Source: Armatimonadota bacterium (GTDB lineage Bacteria > Armatimonadota > UBA5829 > DTLH01). From it: a stretch of DNA of 46,395 nt. Position 1 is the stretch's first letter. Each line of letters begins with the position of its first letter. The translations under genes and the position numbers were made by a program. The stretch spans positions 1 to 46,395 of the forward strand of contig JBBRAE010000023.1 of the NCBI GenBank assembly GCA_038207085.1, in the 5' to 3' direction. The notes beneath the pieces are model-generated. The model saw only the letters and a list, made by a program, of their open reading frames with translations, searched no databases and was not told where the DNA came from. Positions 1 to 11,638 of this stretch are shown piece by piece.

Positions 1-309
1 TGAACGGGACGTTCGATCAACTGGAAACCGATGAGTTTGTCGTGATGCCAAACCATGTGCATGGGATTATCTGTCTCCGTTTGGGGATGGCGGAATCTGA
101 GGTTGTGCGTACTCCGAAAGAGGGCGGACACATTGGTCCGCTCCTACCCAGTGTTGTCGAAATTCGACGGCAAGCTTTGGCAGCGCAATTACTATGAGCG
201 AGTAGTCCGAGATCAGAACGAACTTGACGATATTAGGCTTGGGACAAAGATCCCGAACACCCGTAGGGGCGGACCAATGTGTCCGCCCTCTTCCGATGAC
301 GCACAATAG
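1..309 (+). pseudogene. REP-associated tyrosine transposase (RAYT, HUH Y1) remnant; 5' part outside the window, internally deleted/frameshifted
   Basis: Frame from nt 3 reads DEFVVMPNHVHGII (HUH motif). A different frame reads KLWQRNYYERVVRDQNELDDIR. The usual intervening helix and the downstream YI-NP motif are missing. Confidence 0.8.
120..290. repeat. Inverted pair of GTAG-type REP hairpins (120-147 and 263-290)
   Basis: 263-290 GTAGGGGCGGACCAATGTGTCCGCCCTC. 120-147 is its reverse complement with 1 mismatch. Each copy is an imperfect palindrome with a GTAG foot. Confidence 0.85.
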
Positions 310-327
310 GACAGTGAAAGGTTTTTT

Positions 328-1230
328 GTGATATTCCTCCAGATTCTCATCTCGGTCATTCTGCCGATTTTTATTATGATAGCCCTCGGTGTGCTGATCG
401 ACAGGCGATTTGAGCTTGATCTCAACACGATGACCAAGCTCAATTTTTATGTCTTCGTCCCGGCGCTCAGTTTTGTGAAACTCCTCGACGCCGACGTGAC
501 GCTTCGGCAGATGGGGGCGATCAGCCTGTTTGGCACGCTGCAGGTCGTTGTGTTGCTGGTGCTTTCGTGGCTTGTTTACTCGACTGGCTCGCTCTACAAG
601 CACCGGACGCCCCTTACGATGGGGACGCTTTTCTACAACTGTGGCAACTACGGCATCCCGCTTGTCGCGATCGCCTTTGGGAGTCGGCAGATCGGCACGA
701 TCACGGCGATTATCATCATCCAGACCCTCTTAAGTTTCACCCTTGGTATCTGGATTTTTGGGCTGAAAGCCCAGGGAGTTGCAAAAGCGGCTTTGGGGCT
801 TGCCAAAGTGCCGGTGGTGCAGGCGATGGCCGCCGCACTGATCTTCCGAGGGTTCCATATCCCCGTTCCCGCCCCGATCTACCGGCCGCTTGCGTTTCTA
901 TCCGACGGCTTGATCCCCCTTGCGCTTCTCACGCTTGGCATGCAGCTGTCGCGAACTAGGCTCACCCGGGGCGTGCGAAGTCTTTCTGCCGTGACTGTCA
1001 TGCGCCTTGTGATCTCTCCCATAGTCGCGGTGTTTCTCGTCAAACTTTTTGGGTTTTCGGGGACGCTTGCCTCGGTGTTGATCGTCGCCGCGGGCTTTCC
1101 GGTAGCCGTCAACGTCTACGTGCTCGCCGCCGAGTACGGTCAGGACGAGGACCTCGTGTCCCAGTCGATATTCGTGAGCACCATTCTTAGCGCGGTCACG
1201 GTTTCGGTTCTCCTTGCCATATATCGCTGA
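328..1230 (+). CDS. AEC (auxin efflux carrier) family transporter
   Basis: 300 aa, multi-TM; motifs FVPAL, NCGNYGIP, PVAVN..LAAEY. Confidence 0.85.
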   Translation: MIFLQILISVILPIFIMIALGVLIDRRFELDLNTMTKLNFYVFVPALSFVKLLDADVTLRQMGAISLFGTLQVVVLLVLSWLVYSTGSLYKHRTPLTMGTLFYNCGNYGIPLVAIAFGSRQIGTITAIIIIQTLLSFTLGIWIFGLKAQGVAKAALGLAKVPVVQAMAAALIFRGFHIPVPAPIYRPLAFLSDGLIPLALLTLGMQLSRTRLTRGVRSLSAVTVMRLVISPIVAVFLVKLFGFSGTLASVLIVAAGFPVAVNVYVLAAEYGQDEDLVSQSIFVSTILSAVTVSVLLAIYR

Positions 1231-1321
1231 AAAAATAGCTGGTTTATGCAAGGAGTGGGGTTGGCGCTTGTCGAAGGAGTCACCATATCAACTGGCACAA
1301 TAGTTGGTCATGGAGGCTCTT

Positions 1322-3307
1322 ATGTCACAAGTCGGACCGCCCTATCTTGGCGCGGCCTATTACCCCGAAGACTGGCCGCTCGAACAGATCGACGACGATA
1401 TCGCTCTTATGAAAGAGTCCGGCTGCAACGTCATGCGTGTGGCCGAGTTTGCATGGAGCCGCATGGAGCCCGAGGAAGGGCGCTACGACTTTGAGTGGCT
1501 GCATACCGTGGTCGACAAGCTCGGGGATGCCGCGATTGCGACTATTATGTGCACCCCGACCGCCACGCCGCCTCAGTGGCTAGTCGACCGCTACCCCGAA
1601 GTTCTCTATGTTCGCCGGGGGCAGCCGATGAAGCACGGCGGACGGCGTCACGCATGTCCCAACAGCCCGGTATATCGCGCTCACTGCGAGAGGATCGTCA
1701 CCAAGATGGCCGAGGAGTTTGGTCAGGACGATCGTATCATCGGCTGGCAGGTCGACAACGAGCTTTCTAGCCCAAATACCGGTGAGAGGGCGTGCACCTG
1801 TCCGGCGTGTATGCGCAAGTTCCAGGACGGGATGCGCGAGAAGTTCGAGACGATCGAGAAACTGAACGCCACCTGGGGCATGGACCTCTGGAGTCAGACC
1901 TACACCTCGTTTGGTCGGCTTCCCGGTCCGGACTGGGATATCTGGCACCACCACTCGCTTCTTGTCGCTTGGGAGGAGTTCATGTCTGACTCCTTTGTCG
2001 ACTTTTGCGGGGCTCAGGCCGACGTACTCCACAGACTCACAAATCACCCCGTGGGAACGGACATGATGCCGTTCCTGGGGCTGGATTACGGCGACATGCA
2101 CAAAAAACTTGACCTCGTGCAGTACAACCATTACAACTCGATGGAGAACCTTTGGGAGGTCGGGTTCTGGTTTGACATGATCCGGCCCTTGAAAGCCGCG
2201 CCGTTTTGGAACACCGAAACTGCGACCTGCTGGAACGGCTCGGGGGCGGCAAACGGCTACAAGGAACCGGGGTTCTGCGTGGTCAACTCATGGCTTCCGA
2301 TCGCGTTTGGCGGCGAGGCGAACCTCTACTGGCTGTGGCGTCAGCATTGGAGTGGTCAGGAACTGATGCACGGCGCGGTAGTCTCAAGCCAGGGGCGTCC
2401 GCTCCATATCATAGGCGAGGTGCAGGAAATTTCCCGGGGCTTCGAGGCCGCGGGCGACTTTCTCGGCTCCACAAGGCCCGTCAGCAACGGGCTCGGACTG
2501 CATTTTTCCCACAAGGCCGCCTGGATCTACATGCACCAGCCGATGGTAGCCGGGTTCAACTACCACAAGAAGCTCTCCGAGGATGTCTACCGGCCTCTCG
2601 CACAGGCGCAGCTTCGCCCCGACGTGCTTCAGCCCCACGTCGACCTCACATCCTACAAGGTGATAGTGAGCCCGTTTGTCGCGACGCTTGACGATGAGGA
2701 CCTGCGCGGCAGGCTCGAACGGTGGATCCGTGACGGCGGCACTTGGATCGCCGGGCCGCTCACCGACGTGCGCACCGAGCACGCGACCAAGTTCAAGGCG
2801 TCTCCCTTTGGGAGCCTGGAGGAGTGGGGCGGCGTCTACTGCACCTACGAGATTCCGGGTCAGCCCAGGGACTTTGGGATCAAGTGGGCGGACGGGCGCG
2901 AGTCTGAGGGCTCGGTCTGGTACGCGGCGTTTGAGCCCAAGGGCGCGGAAACACTCGCGAGCTACACCGAAGGGCCTATGGCCGGGCTAGCCGCGGTGAC
3001 CCGGCACAAGATGGGCAAGGGGCAGGTGATCCTCCTTGGCACGCTTCCGACCCCGGAGGACCTCGCGGGGTTTGTCACGCGGGTTGCAAACGAGGCCGGC
3101 GTCTCCCCTGTCGCGGAGGCTTCGGAGAATCTCTACGTCATCCCCCGGGAGGGAGAGGGTGGGCGCGGCTGCGTCGTAGTCGAGATCGAAAACAGGCCCG
3201 GCACGCTTGCGCTTCCCCATGAGGCGGTCGATCTGCTCACCGGCAAAACGCACACCGGGACGGTCGAGGTTGCTCCCTACTCCGTGATGGTGCTAAAGAC
3301 CGGCTAA
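1322..3307 (+). CDS. Beta-galactosidase, glycoside hydrolase family 42
   Basis: YYPEDW, AEFAWSRMEPEEGRYDF, WQVDNE, Cys cluster. Start placed at ATG 1322 after GGAGG (ORF is open from 1304). Confidence 0.9.
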   Translation: MSQVGPPYLGAAYYPEDWPLEQIDDDIALMKESGCNVMRVAEFAWSRMEPEEGRYDFEWLHTVVDKLGDAAIATIMCTPTATPPQWLVDRYPEVLYVRRGQPMKHGGRRHACPNSPVYRAHCERIVTKMAEEFGQDDRIIGWQVDNELSSPNTGERACTCPACMRKFQDGMREKFETIEKLNATWGMDLWSQTYTSFGRLPGPDWDIWHHHSLLVAWEEFMSDSFVDFCGAQADVLHRLTNHPVGTDMMPFLGLDYGDMHKKLDLVQYNHYNSMENLWEVGFWFDMIRPLKAAPFWNTETATCWNGSGAANGYKEPGFCVVNSWLPIAFGGEANLYWLWRQHWSGQELMHGAVVSSQGRPLHIIGEVQEISRGFEAAGDFLGSTRPVSNGLGLHFSHKAAWIYMHQPMVAGFNYHKKLSEDVYRPLAQAQLRPDVLQPHVDLTSYKVIVSPFVATLDDEDLRGRLERWIRDGGTWIAGPLTDVRTEHATKFKASPFGSLEEWGGVYCTYEIPGQPRDFGIKWADGRESEGSVWYAAFEPKGAETLASYTEGPMAGLAAVTRHKMGKGQVILLGTLPTPEDLAGFVTRVANEAGVSPVAEASENLYVIPREGEGGRGCVVVEIENRPGTLALPHEAVDLLTGKTHTGTVEVAPYSVMVLKTG

Positions 3308-3327
3308 TCGGGCTGGGTGTTGTCATA

Positions 3328-3366
3328 CGAAGAAAGCCTGCTGGCTTTAGAAGTGGGCTTTCTTCG
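3328..3366. terminator. Stem-loop after the GH42 gene, possible terminator
   Basis: CGAAGAAAGCCT ... GGGCTTTCTTCG inverted repeat; no clear U-tract. Confidence 0.4.
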
Positions 3367-3633
3367 CACAAAACATCCCCGCCGTTCGCCTGGTGACCGT
3401 GCGAAGCAAAATTAAGGCTCACGGCATAGTTTGTCCGCATTTGTTTCGTCCAGGTTAACACATGTGGCGCCATCCCGGCGTCGGTTCCCCATCCATTGGC
3501 CCCTTATTGCTCAAATCGATAAATAATTCGCGATTGCTGGCTTGCCTGGTACGATTACCTGGAATCTGGCGTTGCTATTGTAACGAATTGGTGACACCAT
3601 CTTAAGTCAAGGGGTATGTTAATGCACGGTGGC

Positions 3634-3651
3634 TTGTGCAAAATGACACAA
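3634..3651. promoter_or_regulatory. Rex-like operator upstream of the atp promoter
   Basis: TTGTG-caaaatga-CACAA (TTGTG-N8-CACAA), extended by GGC/GCC. Confidence 0.55.
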
Positions 3652-3678
3652 GCCCCTTGCGGACGGCTCTTATTGTTG

Positions 3679-3687
3679 TGCTATAAT
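3679..3687 (+). promoter_or_regulatory. Extended -10 promoter of the atp operon
   Basis: TGcTATAAT, about 20 nt upstream of the TTG start at 3707. Confidence 0.65.
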
Positions 3688-3706
3688 CGCACTGGAGGCG
3701 GTAGGT

Positions 3707-3928
3707 TTGGCCAAAGACGATTACAAATGGGTTCGCAGAGCGGCATCGGCATCAAGCATTGGGCTTGTGCTCGTGTTCTCCATTGTGATCGGCTACTTTT
3801 TTGGCTCGTGGCTTGACTCCAAGTTCGGGACTACGCCCTGGCTGATGCTTTTGTTCACGTTGATGGGCATCGCCGCCGGGTTTATAGAGATGATCAAGCT
3901 TGCACTACAGCTTTCAAAAGATGAATAA
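3707..3928 (+). CDS. AtpZ/AtpI family small membrane protein
   Basis: 2 TM segments, GSWLDSKFGTTPWLML motif, first gene of the atp operon, GGAGG SD. Confidence 0.85.
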   Translation: MAKDDYKWVRRAASASSIGLVLVFSIVIGYFFGSWLDSKFGTTPWLMLLFTLMGIAAGFIEMIKLALQLSKDE

Positions 3929-4319
3929 ACAACTGGACATTGGTTTCATCAAGCGCGTCTATCGCATGTCGATCATATTCTGGCTGGTCTCCCTGCTATT
4001 TTGCTGGGGACTTAAGAGCTGGCAGGCAGCGGTCGGTGTGACGGTCGGGTTTGTTATTTCGGTCGGGTCGCTTATGATCCTTGAGCGGGTCGTGACCACG
4101 CTTTTTACGCCTGAGCAGGTATCAGGCGGAGGAAAGCCGGTCAAGCGGCTGATGATAGTAGCATTGCTCAAGTATTTTGTGATCGGCGTCCTCCTGTGGG
4201 TATCGCTGGCTGGTAAATATGCCGATCCTATAGGTATAGCGGTTGGCGTGAGTCTGCCCTATATCGTGATAATGCTGAAAACCCTCGGAATGGCGATTTC
4301 GCCGGACTCCGGGGCTTGA
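3921..4319 (+). CDS. atpI: ATP synthase subunit I-like membrane protein
   Basis: 4 TM segments, directly before atpB; ATG overlaps the preceding stop region. Confidence 0.75.
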   Translation: MNKQLDIGFIKRVYRMSIIFWLVSLLFCWGLKSWQAAVGVTVGFVISVGSLMILERVVTTLFTPEQVSGGGKPVKRLMIVALLKYFVIGVLLWVSLAGKYADPIGIAVGVSLPYIVIMLKTLGMAISPDSGA

Positions 4320-4386
4320 TAGGATCGTGCCTGAAGCTTCTCGCGGCGCAGACTGCGCGCCGCTGCCAGCTTCGTCACGATGGGAA

Positions 4387-4419
4387 CGTAAATGGCATAA
4401 AGCGCCATTTACGAAGGAG
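4387..4419 (+). promoter_or_regulatory. Hairpin + SD element before atpB (copy 1)
   Basis: CGTAAATGGC-ataaagc-GCCATTTACG then AAGGAG. Confidence 0.7.
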
Positions 4420-4425
4420 AATTAC

Positions 4426-5154
4426 TTGGAAGGACATCATGGGTCAGGTTTGGTGGAAGGCGCCGCGTGGTCGCTGACCTTCTATGCCGGGATAGTTATC
4501 GTGCTGCTCGTTGCTATGTCGATCCTTGCTACCCGCAGGCTTTCGAGAATCCCTGGGCCGCTTCAGAACGTTCTTGAGCTTGCGGTTTCGGGGCTCGGGA
4601 GTTTCATCGAAGGAATAGTAGGGCCTGGAAGCTCCAAGTATGTGCCGTTTATTGCGACACTTTTTCTGTATATTCTCGCCCTGAACCTGATCGGTGTCGT
4701 TCCTGGTTTCAGGTCCCCTACAAGCGGACTCAACACGACGATCGCCCTTGCTCTTTGTTCGTTCTTTTACGTGCAGTTCCAGGCGATCAAGGTGAATGGC
4801 CCCGTCAACTACATCAAGCATTTCTGGGGAGAGCCGTGGTGGCTGGGGTTCCTGATGTTCCCGATTCACATCATCGGCGAGCTTGCCAAGCCGTTGTCGC
4901 TCTCGATCCGACTATTTGGAAACGTCTTTGGCGAGGACAAGATCATCGTGATCTTGGCGGGAATGTCGCCCTTTATCGTCGCGCCGTGGCTTAAGTATGT
5001 TCCGATTCAGTTCCCGATGCTTGCCTTTGCAGTCTTTACGAGCTTTATTCAGGCTCTTATCTTTACCGTGCTTACGGCAGGGTATCTGACGGTTCTTATC
5101 ACTCACGAAAGCGAACACGAACATGAGGCCCCGGTCAGTGTGGGTTCTCACTAG
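4426..5154 (+). CDS. atpB: F0 subunit a
   Basis: KPLSLSIRLFGN with the conserved Arg; FIQALIF. TTG start chosen from the SD at 4414-4419. Confidence 0.95.
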   Translation: MEGHHGSGLVEGAAWSLTFYAGIVIVLLVAMSILATRRLSRIPGPLQNVLELAVSGLGSFIEGIVGPGSSKYVPFIATLFLYILALNLIGVVPGFRSPTSGLNTTIALALCSFFYVQFQAIKVNGPVNYIKHFWGEPWWLGFLMFPIHIIGELAKPLSLSIRLFGNVFGEDKIIVILAGMSPFIVAPWLKYVPIQFPMLAFAVFTSFIQALIFTVLTAGYLTVLITHESEHEHEAPVSVGSH

Positions 5155-5190
5155 TTCTGTGGTGAGGCCCTGCTTCACCACCCAGAGAAG

Positions 5191-5226
5191 GTAAATGGCA
5201 AAAAACGCCATTTACGAAGGAGGAGG
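5191..5226 (+). promoter_or_regulatory. Hairpin + SD element before atpE (copy 2)
   Basis: GTAAATGGC-aaaaaac-GCCATTTAC then GAAGGAGGAGG. Confidence 0.7.
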
Positions 5227-5232
5227 TTCCAA

Positions 5233-5499
5233 ATGCTTTATTTTGCGATGCTGGCAATTGCAGTGGGCCTGGGTCTGCCGATAGCTGTTATCGGTGCTGG
5301 ACTCGGTCAGGGAAAGGTCGGCGCGTCGGCTATGGAGGGCATCGCCAGGCAGCCTGAGGCTGCGGGTAGGATTCAGCTCGCGATGATGATCGCACTCGGA
5401 TTCATTGAGTCGCTCGTCATCTACGCGCTCTTGATGTTCTTCCTGCTTCAGGGCAAGCTGCCTGCAACAGAAGAAGTTCTGAAAGCCATCATGAAGTAA
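5233..5499 (+). CDS. atpE: F0 subunit c
   Basis: GAGLGQG, ARQPEA loop, FIESLVIY. Confidence 0.97.
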   Translation: MLYFAMLAIAVGLGLPIAVIGAGLGQGKVGASAMEGIARQPEAAGRIQLAMMIALGFIESLVIYALLMFFLLQGKLPATEEVLKAIMK

Positions 5500-5572
5500 G
5501 TCAAGCCTTTGATCGGGGGTCTCCATACTTTGGGGATCCCCTCGAAAAACGGGCGGCTGGAGGTTCACAAAC

Positions 5573-6076
5573 GTGGGAATCCTTGAACAACTTGGCATAG
5601 TTCCCGAGTTGATCTTGATCAATATTGTAGGATTTATTCTGCTTCTTCTGCTATTGAAGAAGTTCCTGTATGGTCCTATCACTCAGATGCTTGCGTCTCG
5701 CAAGGATGACATCAGGTACACCTATGACGAGGCCGAGCGCCATCGCCAGGCGATGGAAGATATGAAGAAGGACTGGGAGCTGCGCATGCAGCAGATCGAG
5801 GCCGAGGCAAACGCCAAGATTCAGGCCGCCGTCAAGGAGGCCCAGTCCGTGCGCGACGGTCTTGTCGCCGAGGCTCGCGACAAAGCCGAAAATATCGTCC
5901 AGCGCGGCACAGACGAGCTTGGGCGCGAGAAGCAGAAGGTCGTCACGATGCTTCGTCAGGAGGTCGCAAACCTCGCAATCGGCGCGTCCGCCATGCTGCT
6001 TGGCCGCTCGATGGACGACGAAACGCACCGAAAGCTGATCGACGACTTTATTTCAAGCGCAGGTAAGGCACAGTGA
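5573..6076 (+). CDS. atpF: F0 subunit b
   Basis: N-terminal TM, KKFLYGPI, long coiled coil; operon position. Confidence 0.95.
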   Translation: MGILEQLGIVPELILINIVGFILLLLLLKKFLYGPITQMLASRKDDIRYTYDEAERHRQAMEDMKKDWELRMQQIEAEANAKIQAAVKEAQSVRDGLVAEARDKAENIVQRGTDELGREKQKVVTMLRQEVANLAIGASAMLLGRSMDDETHRKLIDDFISSAGKAQ

Positions 6077-6612
6077 TAGATAGGCGCATAGTCAGGCGTT
6101 ACGCGGCGGCGCTTTTCCAGACCGCACTTCGAGAAGACGTAATCGACCTTGTGGAAAGCGACCTTGGGCTTGTGAGCTACACGTTCGAGAGCTCTCCCGC
6201 GCTTGCCGAGGCCGTCGGCTCGCCTCTTATTCCGGCTAACAAGAAGAAAGAGATACTCCAGAGCATCTTCAGTGAGAAGATCCACGAAGTGACGCTCCAC
6301 TATCTCTATCTTGCGATCGACAACCGCCGCGAAGGGGTGATCTCCGAGACCGAGCGCGAGTATATCGAGCTCGCAAACGAGGCCCGCGGGATTGTGACAG
6401 CCGAGGTGAAAGCCGCGGTCGAACTTACCGAAGACGAGAGAAGTCGCCTGCGCGCAAAGCTTTCCAAGCAGACAGGCAAAGCAGTCACCCTGAACATCAC
6501 GATCGATCCCTCGATCATAGGCGGCCTTGTAGTCCGAATCGGCGACACCGTTATGGACGGCAGCCTCAAGGGGCACCTGAACAGAATTAAGGACGAGTTT
6601 TTGGGGATATGA
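6073..6612 (+). CDS. atpH: F1 subunit delta
   Basis: RRYAAALF, DPSIIGGLVVRIGDTVMDGS. Confidence 0.95.
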   Translation: MIDRRIVRRYAAALFQTALREDVIDLVESDLGLVSYTFESSPALAEAVGSPLIPANKKKEILQSIFSEKIHEVTLHYLYLAIDNRREGVISETEREYIELANEARGIVTAEVKAAVELTEDERSRLRAKLSKQTGKAVTLNITIDPSIIGGLVVRIGDTVMDGSLKGHLNRIKDEFLGI

Positions 6613-6620
6613 TCCCTGTG

Positions 6621-6681
6621 GTTGGGGCTAGGGGATAGGGGTTGGTTTTTGCTAACCCCCAGCCCCCAACCCCTAACCCCC
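6621..6681. repeat. Inverted heptamer tandem repeat (STRR-like) between atpH and atpA
   Basis: GGGGCTA GGGGATA GGGGTTG (6624-6644) facing TAACCCC CAGCCCC CAACCCC TAACCCC (6653-6680). Confidence 0.85.
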
Positions 6682-6698
6682 GATTGTAGGAGCAAACA

Positions 6699-8219
6699 AT
6701 GGCAGTCAATATACGACCTGAAGAGGTAACAGATATCCTCGAAAAGCAGCTCGCGGGCTACACCAAAGAGGTCCACGAGGTCGGCGTCGGGACCGTGCTC
6801 CAGGTGGGAGACGGCATCGCCCGTATTTACGGCCTTGAGGATGTTATGGCAAGTGAGCTCGTCGAGTTCCCTGAAGGCACGATGGGAATGGTCCTGAACC
6901 TTGAAGAGGACAACGTCGGCGTCGTTATCATGGGAGCGACCGAGGGCATCAAAGAGGGCGACACGGTCAAACGGACCGGGCGCATCATCGACGTTCCCGT
7001 GGGCGAAGCGCTCCTCGGACGCGTCGTAAATGCACTCGGCGAGCCGATCGATAACAAAGGCCCGATCGTCACCGACAAGCGCAGGCTAGTCGAGACCAAG
7101 GCCCCCGGCGTCGTCGAGCGCCAGCCGGTGAACCAGTCGCTGGCGACCGGCTTGAAGGCCATCGACTCGATGATCCCGATCGGACGCGGCCAGCGCGAGC
7201 TTATCATCGGCGACCGCCAGACCGGCAAGACCGCAATTGCGGTCGATACTGTGCTAAACCAGAAGGGCAAAGACGTTCAGTGCATCTACGTCGCGATCGG
7301 CCAGAAGCTCTCCACAGTTGCTGCAATCGTTGAAGTGCTCGAAAAGCACGGCGCTATGGAGTATACGACGATCGTCTGCGCGACCGCGGGCGAGAACGCC
7401 GCGCTTCAGTATATCGCCCCTTACTCGGGTTGCGCGATGGGCGAGTATTTCCGCGACAACGGCAAGCACGCTCTTGTGATCTACGATGACCTTTCCAAGC
7501 ACGCGCAGGCCTACAGGCAGGTATCGCTCCTGCTCAGGCGTCCGCCGGGCCGCGAGGCTTATCCCGGAGATATTTTCTACCTGCACGCCCGACTCCTGGA
7601 GCGCGCGGCAAAGCTTTCCGACGACCTCGGGGCAGGGAGCCTTACAGCGCTTCCGATCATCGAGACTCAGGCCGGTGACGTTTCGGCGTATATTCCGACC
7701 AACGTCATCTCGATCACAGACGGTCAGATCTATCTTGAAAGCGACCTTTTCTATTCAGGAATCCGCCCGGCTGTCAACGTCGGCGTGTCGGTTTCCCGCG
7801 TAGGCTCCAAGGCCCAGACCAAGGCTATGAAGAAGGTCGCCGGTCAGCTCAAGCTCGACCTTGCGCGCTATTGGGAGCTTCAAGCGTTCGCTCAATTTGC
7901 GACCGACCTCGACAAGTTCACCCAGGCGCAGCTGAACCGTGGCTCCAAGATCGTCGAGGTACTGAAGCAGCCACAGTACAGCCCGATGGCCATGTCCGAT
8001 CAGGTCATGATCATCTACGTCGCGACCCACGGCTACTTGGACGACATCGACCAGAGTCGGATCAAGGCGTTCGAGACCGGGTTATACAAGTTCATGGAAG
8101 ATCGTTACGCCGTAATCGGCCACAAGATCGAAAGCACCGGCCAGTTCGACGACGAAACCGAAGCCGCGTTCGCGAAAGCGACTGCGGAGTACAAGGCGGA
8201 GTTCGTCGCCGGGAAGTAG
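6699..8219 (+). CDS. atpA: F1 subunit alpha
   Basis: GDRQTGKT Walker [11 protein letters not shown]. Confidence 0.99.
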   Translation: MAVNIRPEEVTDILEKQLAGYTKEVHEVGVGTVLQVGDGIARIYGLEDVMASELVEFPEGTMGMVLNLEEDNVGVVIMGATEGIKEGDTVKRTGRIIDVPVGEALLGRVVNALGEPIDNKGPIVTDKRRLVETKAPGVVERQPVNQSLATGLKAIDSMIPIGRGQRELIIGDRQTGKTAIAVDTVLNQKGKDVQCIYVAIGQKLSTVAAIVEVLEKHGAMEYTTIVCATAGENAALQYIAPYSGCAMGEYFRDNGKHALVIYDDLSKHAQAYRQVSLLLRRPPGREAYPGDIFYLHARLLERAAKLSDDLGAGSLTALPIIETQAGDVSAYIPTNVISITDGQIYLESDLFYSGIRPAVNVGVSVSRVGSKAQTKAMKKVAGQLKLDLARYWELQAFAQFATDLDKFTQAQLNRGSKIVEVLKQPQYSPMAMSDQVMIIYVATHGYLDDIDQSRIKAFETGLYKFMEDRYAVIGHKIESTGQFDDETEAAFAKATAEYKAEFVAGK

Positions 8220-8231
8220 ACTGACTACACT

Positions 8232-8611
8232 ATGGATCAGCGAATGAATGCGTGGGTTCAGTTCGCAAATAGCGACATCAGTGCGGCCCGTCTTCTGTAT
8301 GAGCACGGACAGTGGGATACATCAATATTCCATTCTCAGCAGGCTGCAGAGAAAATGGTGAAAGCGCTGCACATCCACTTATTTGGTGATCCAGTGCCAA
8401 GGGTTCACAGTGTGGAAAAACTGGCGGCAAATCTTGATGCGCCGCCTGATATAATAGACAAGGCGATTGATCTTACCGCCGAGTATATAGCGTCTCGTTA
8501 TCCGGACACGTTCTTGTTGACAGTCTATACCTAAGATGTGATGCCCGTGCGAGACTTGAAGATGCTGAAGCGGTCTGTGATTGGGCTCTTGGGAGGGTTT
8601 CCAATGGCTGA
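8232..8611 (+). pseudogene. HEPN domain protein, frameshifted near 8510-8540
   Basis: FHSQQAAEK, PRVHS, SRYPD. Premature TAA at 8532-8534. The expected C-terminal helix DARARLEDAEAVCDWALGRVSNG* continues in another frame to TGA 8609-8611. Confidence 0.8.
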
Positions 8612-8939
8612 CACGAGTAAAGTGGCTGATGTGCTTGCGAAACAGTTTCTTGAATCAGCACTGCCTGACATTGAGCAGGTGTTTGCGCCAGAGCATATCA
8701 TTTTGTTCGGCTCTCGTGCAAGGGGACAGGCCCGCGTCGACAGCGATATCGACCTGCTACTGGTATCAGACAGGTTCGAAGGTGTGAGATTTCCTGAAAG
8801 AATCGCTCGGTTTCTTAGAGAGATACGACCCGAGCCTGAGGTGGAGCCTTTTTGCTACACACCGGCGGAGTTCGAGACGATGCGCGATCAGACAACTATA
8901 ATTAAAGAAGCAACCCGCGAAGGGATTTGGATACAGTAG
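8604..8939 (+). CDS. Minimal nucleotidyltransferase (MNT), partner of HEPN
   Basis: LFGSRARG..DSDIDLL motif; ATG at 8604 overlaps the HEPN end. Confidence 0.9.
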   Translation: MADTSKVADVLAKQFLESALPDIEQVFAPEHIILFGSRARGQARVDSDIDLLLVSDRFEGVRFPERIARFLREIRPEPEVEPFCYTPAEFETMRDQTTIIKEATREGIWIQ

Positions 8940-8942
8940 ACA

Positions 8943-9799
8943 ATGGCAAGCATGCGCGATATTCGGCGTCGTATTGGCGTCGTCAAAAACATACAGCAGA
9001 TCACCAACGCGATGAAGATGGTCGCGGCGGCGCGGCTTCGTCGCGCCCAGGAACGCGCTGAGACGGCCCGGCCTTACGCCGACAAGATGATGTCGATGCT
9101 CGAAAGCCTTTCCCGCGCCGCGGGACAGATCGAGCACCCGCTCCTTGAGGTTCGCCCTGAGGAGAGGATCGCCGTTATCATAATCGGAGCCGAGCGCGGC
9201 CTTGCGGGCAGCTACAACCCGAACCTTATGCGCTCTGCGATGGAGCTGCTCTCCGGGCGCGACCCTGAGTCGGTGAAGCTCCTGATTTTTGGCCGCAGGG
9301 CCGAGGGGTTTTTCAAGCGCAAGCCCTACGAGATCGTTATGACAAGCGCACTTCCGGCGACGAACCTGCAGTTCTCGGACGTTCAGCCCGCCGCGGTCAG
9401 GGTGCGTGAAATGTTCTCCCGTGGCGAGGTGGACGCGGTCTACGTCGTCTACGCGAAGTTCATCAACGCAGCCGTCCAGAGGCCTACGGCGCTCAAACTC
9501 TTGCCGATCACCCCGCCTGATACAGCCGAAGAGACCGGCAGCGTGGAGTATCTGTTCGAGCCGGATGCAAATCACTTGCTTGGCAGACTCCTGCCCCGCT
9601 ACGTCGACACTCAGGTGTTCCGCGCGGCGGTCGAGGCGATGGCAAGCGAGTTCGGCGCGCGAATGACCGCGATGACCTCGGCGACCAACAACGCTTCAGA
9701 AGTCATCGACACCCTTACTCTGTCATATAACAAAGCCCGGCAGACGACGATTACGAAAGAACTCTTGGAGATCGTCGGCGGAGCGGAAGCGCTCAGATA

Positions 9800-9800
<1 letters not shown>
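8943..9800 (+). CDS. atpG: F1 subunit gamma
   Basis: QITNAMKMVAAARL, RGLAGSYN, RQTTITKEL. Confidence 0.98.
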
Positions 9801-11635
<1,835 letters not shown>

Positions 11636-11638
11636 ACA

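Noticed and set aside
3370..3500. Possible structured RNA between the GH42 gene and the atp promoter
   Set aside because: Only short stems (CCGTG/CACGG, CCTGG/CCAGG); no recognisable family motif.
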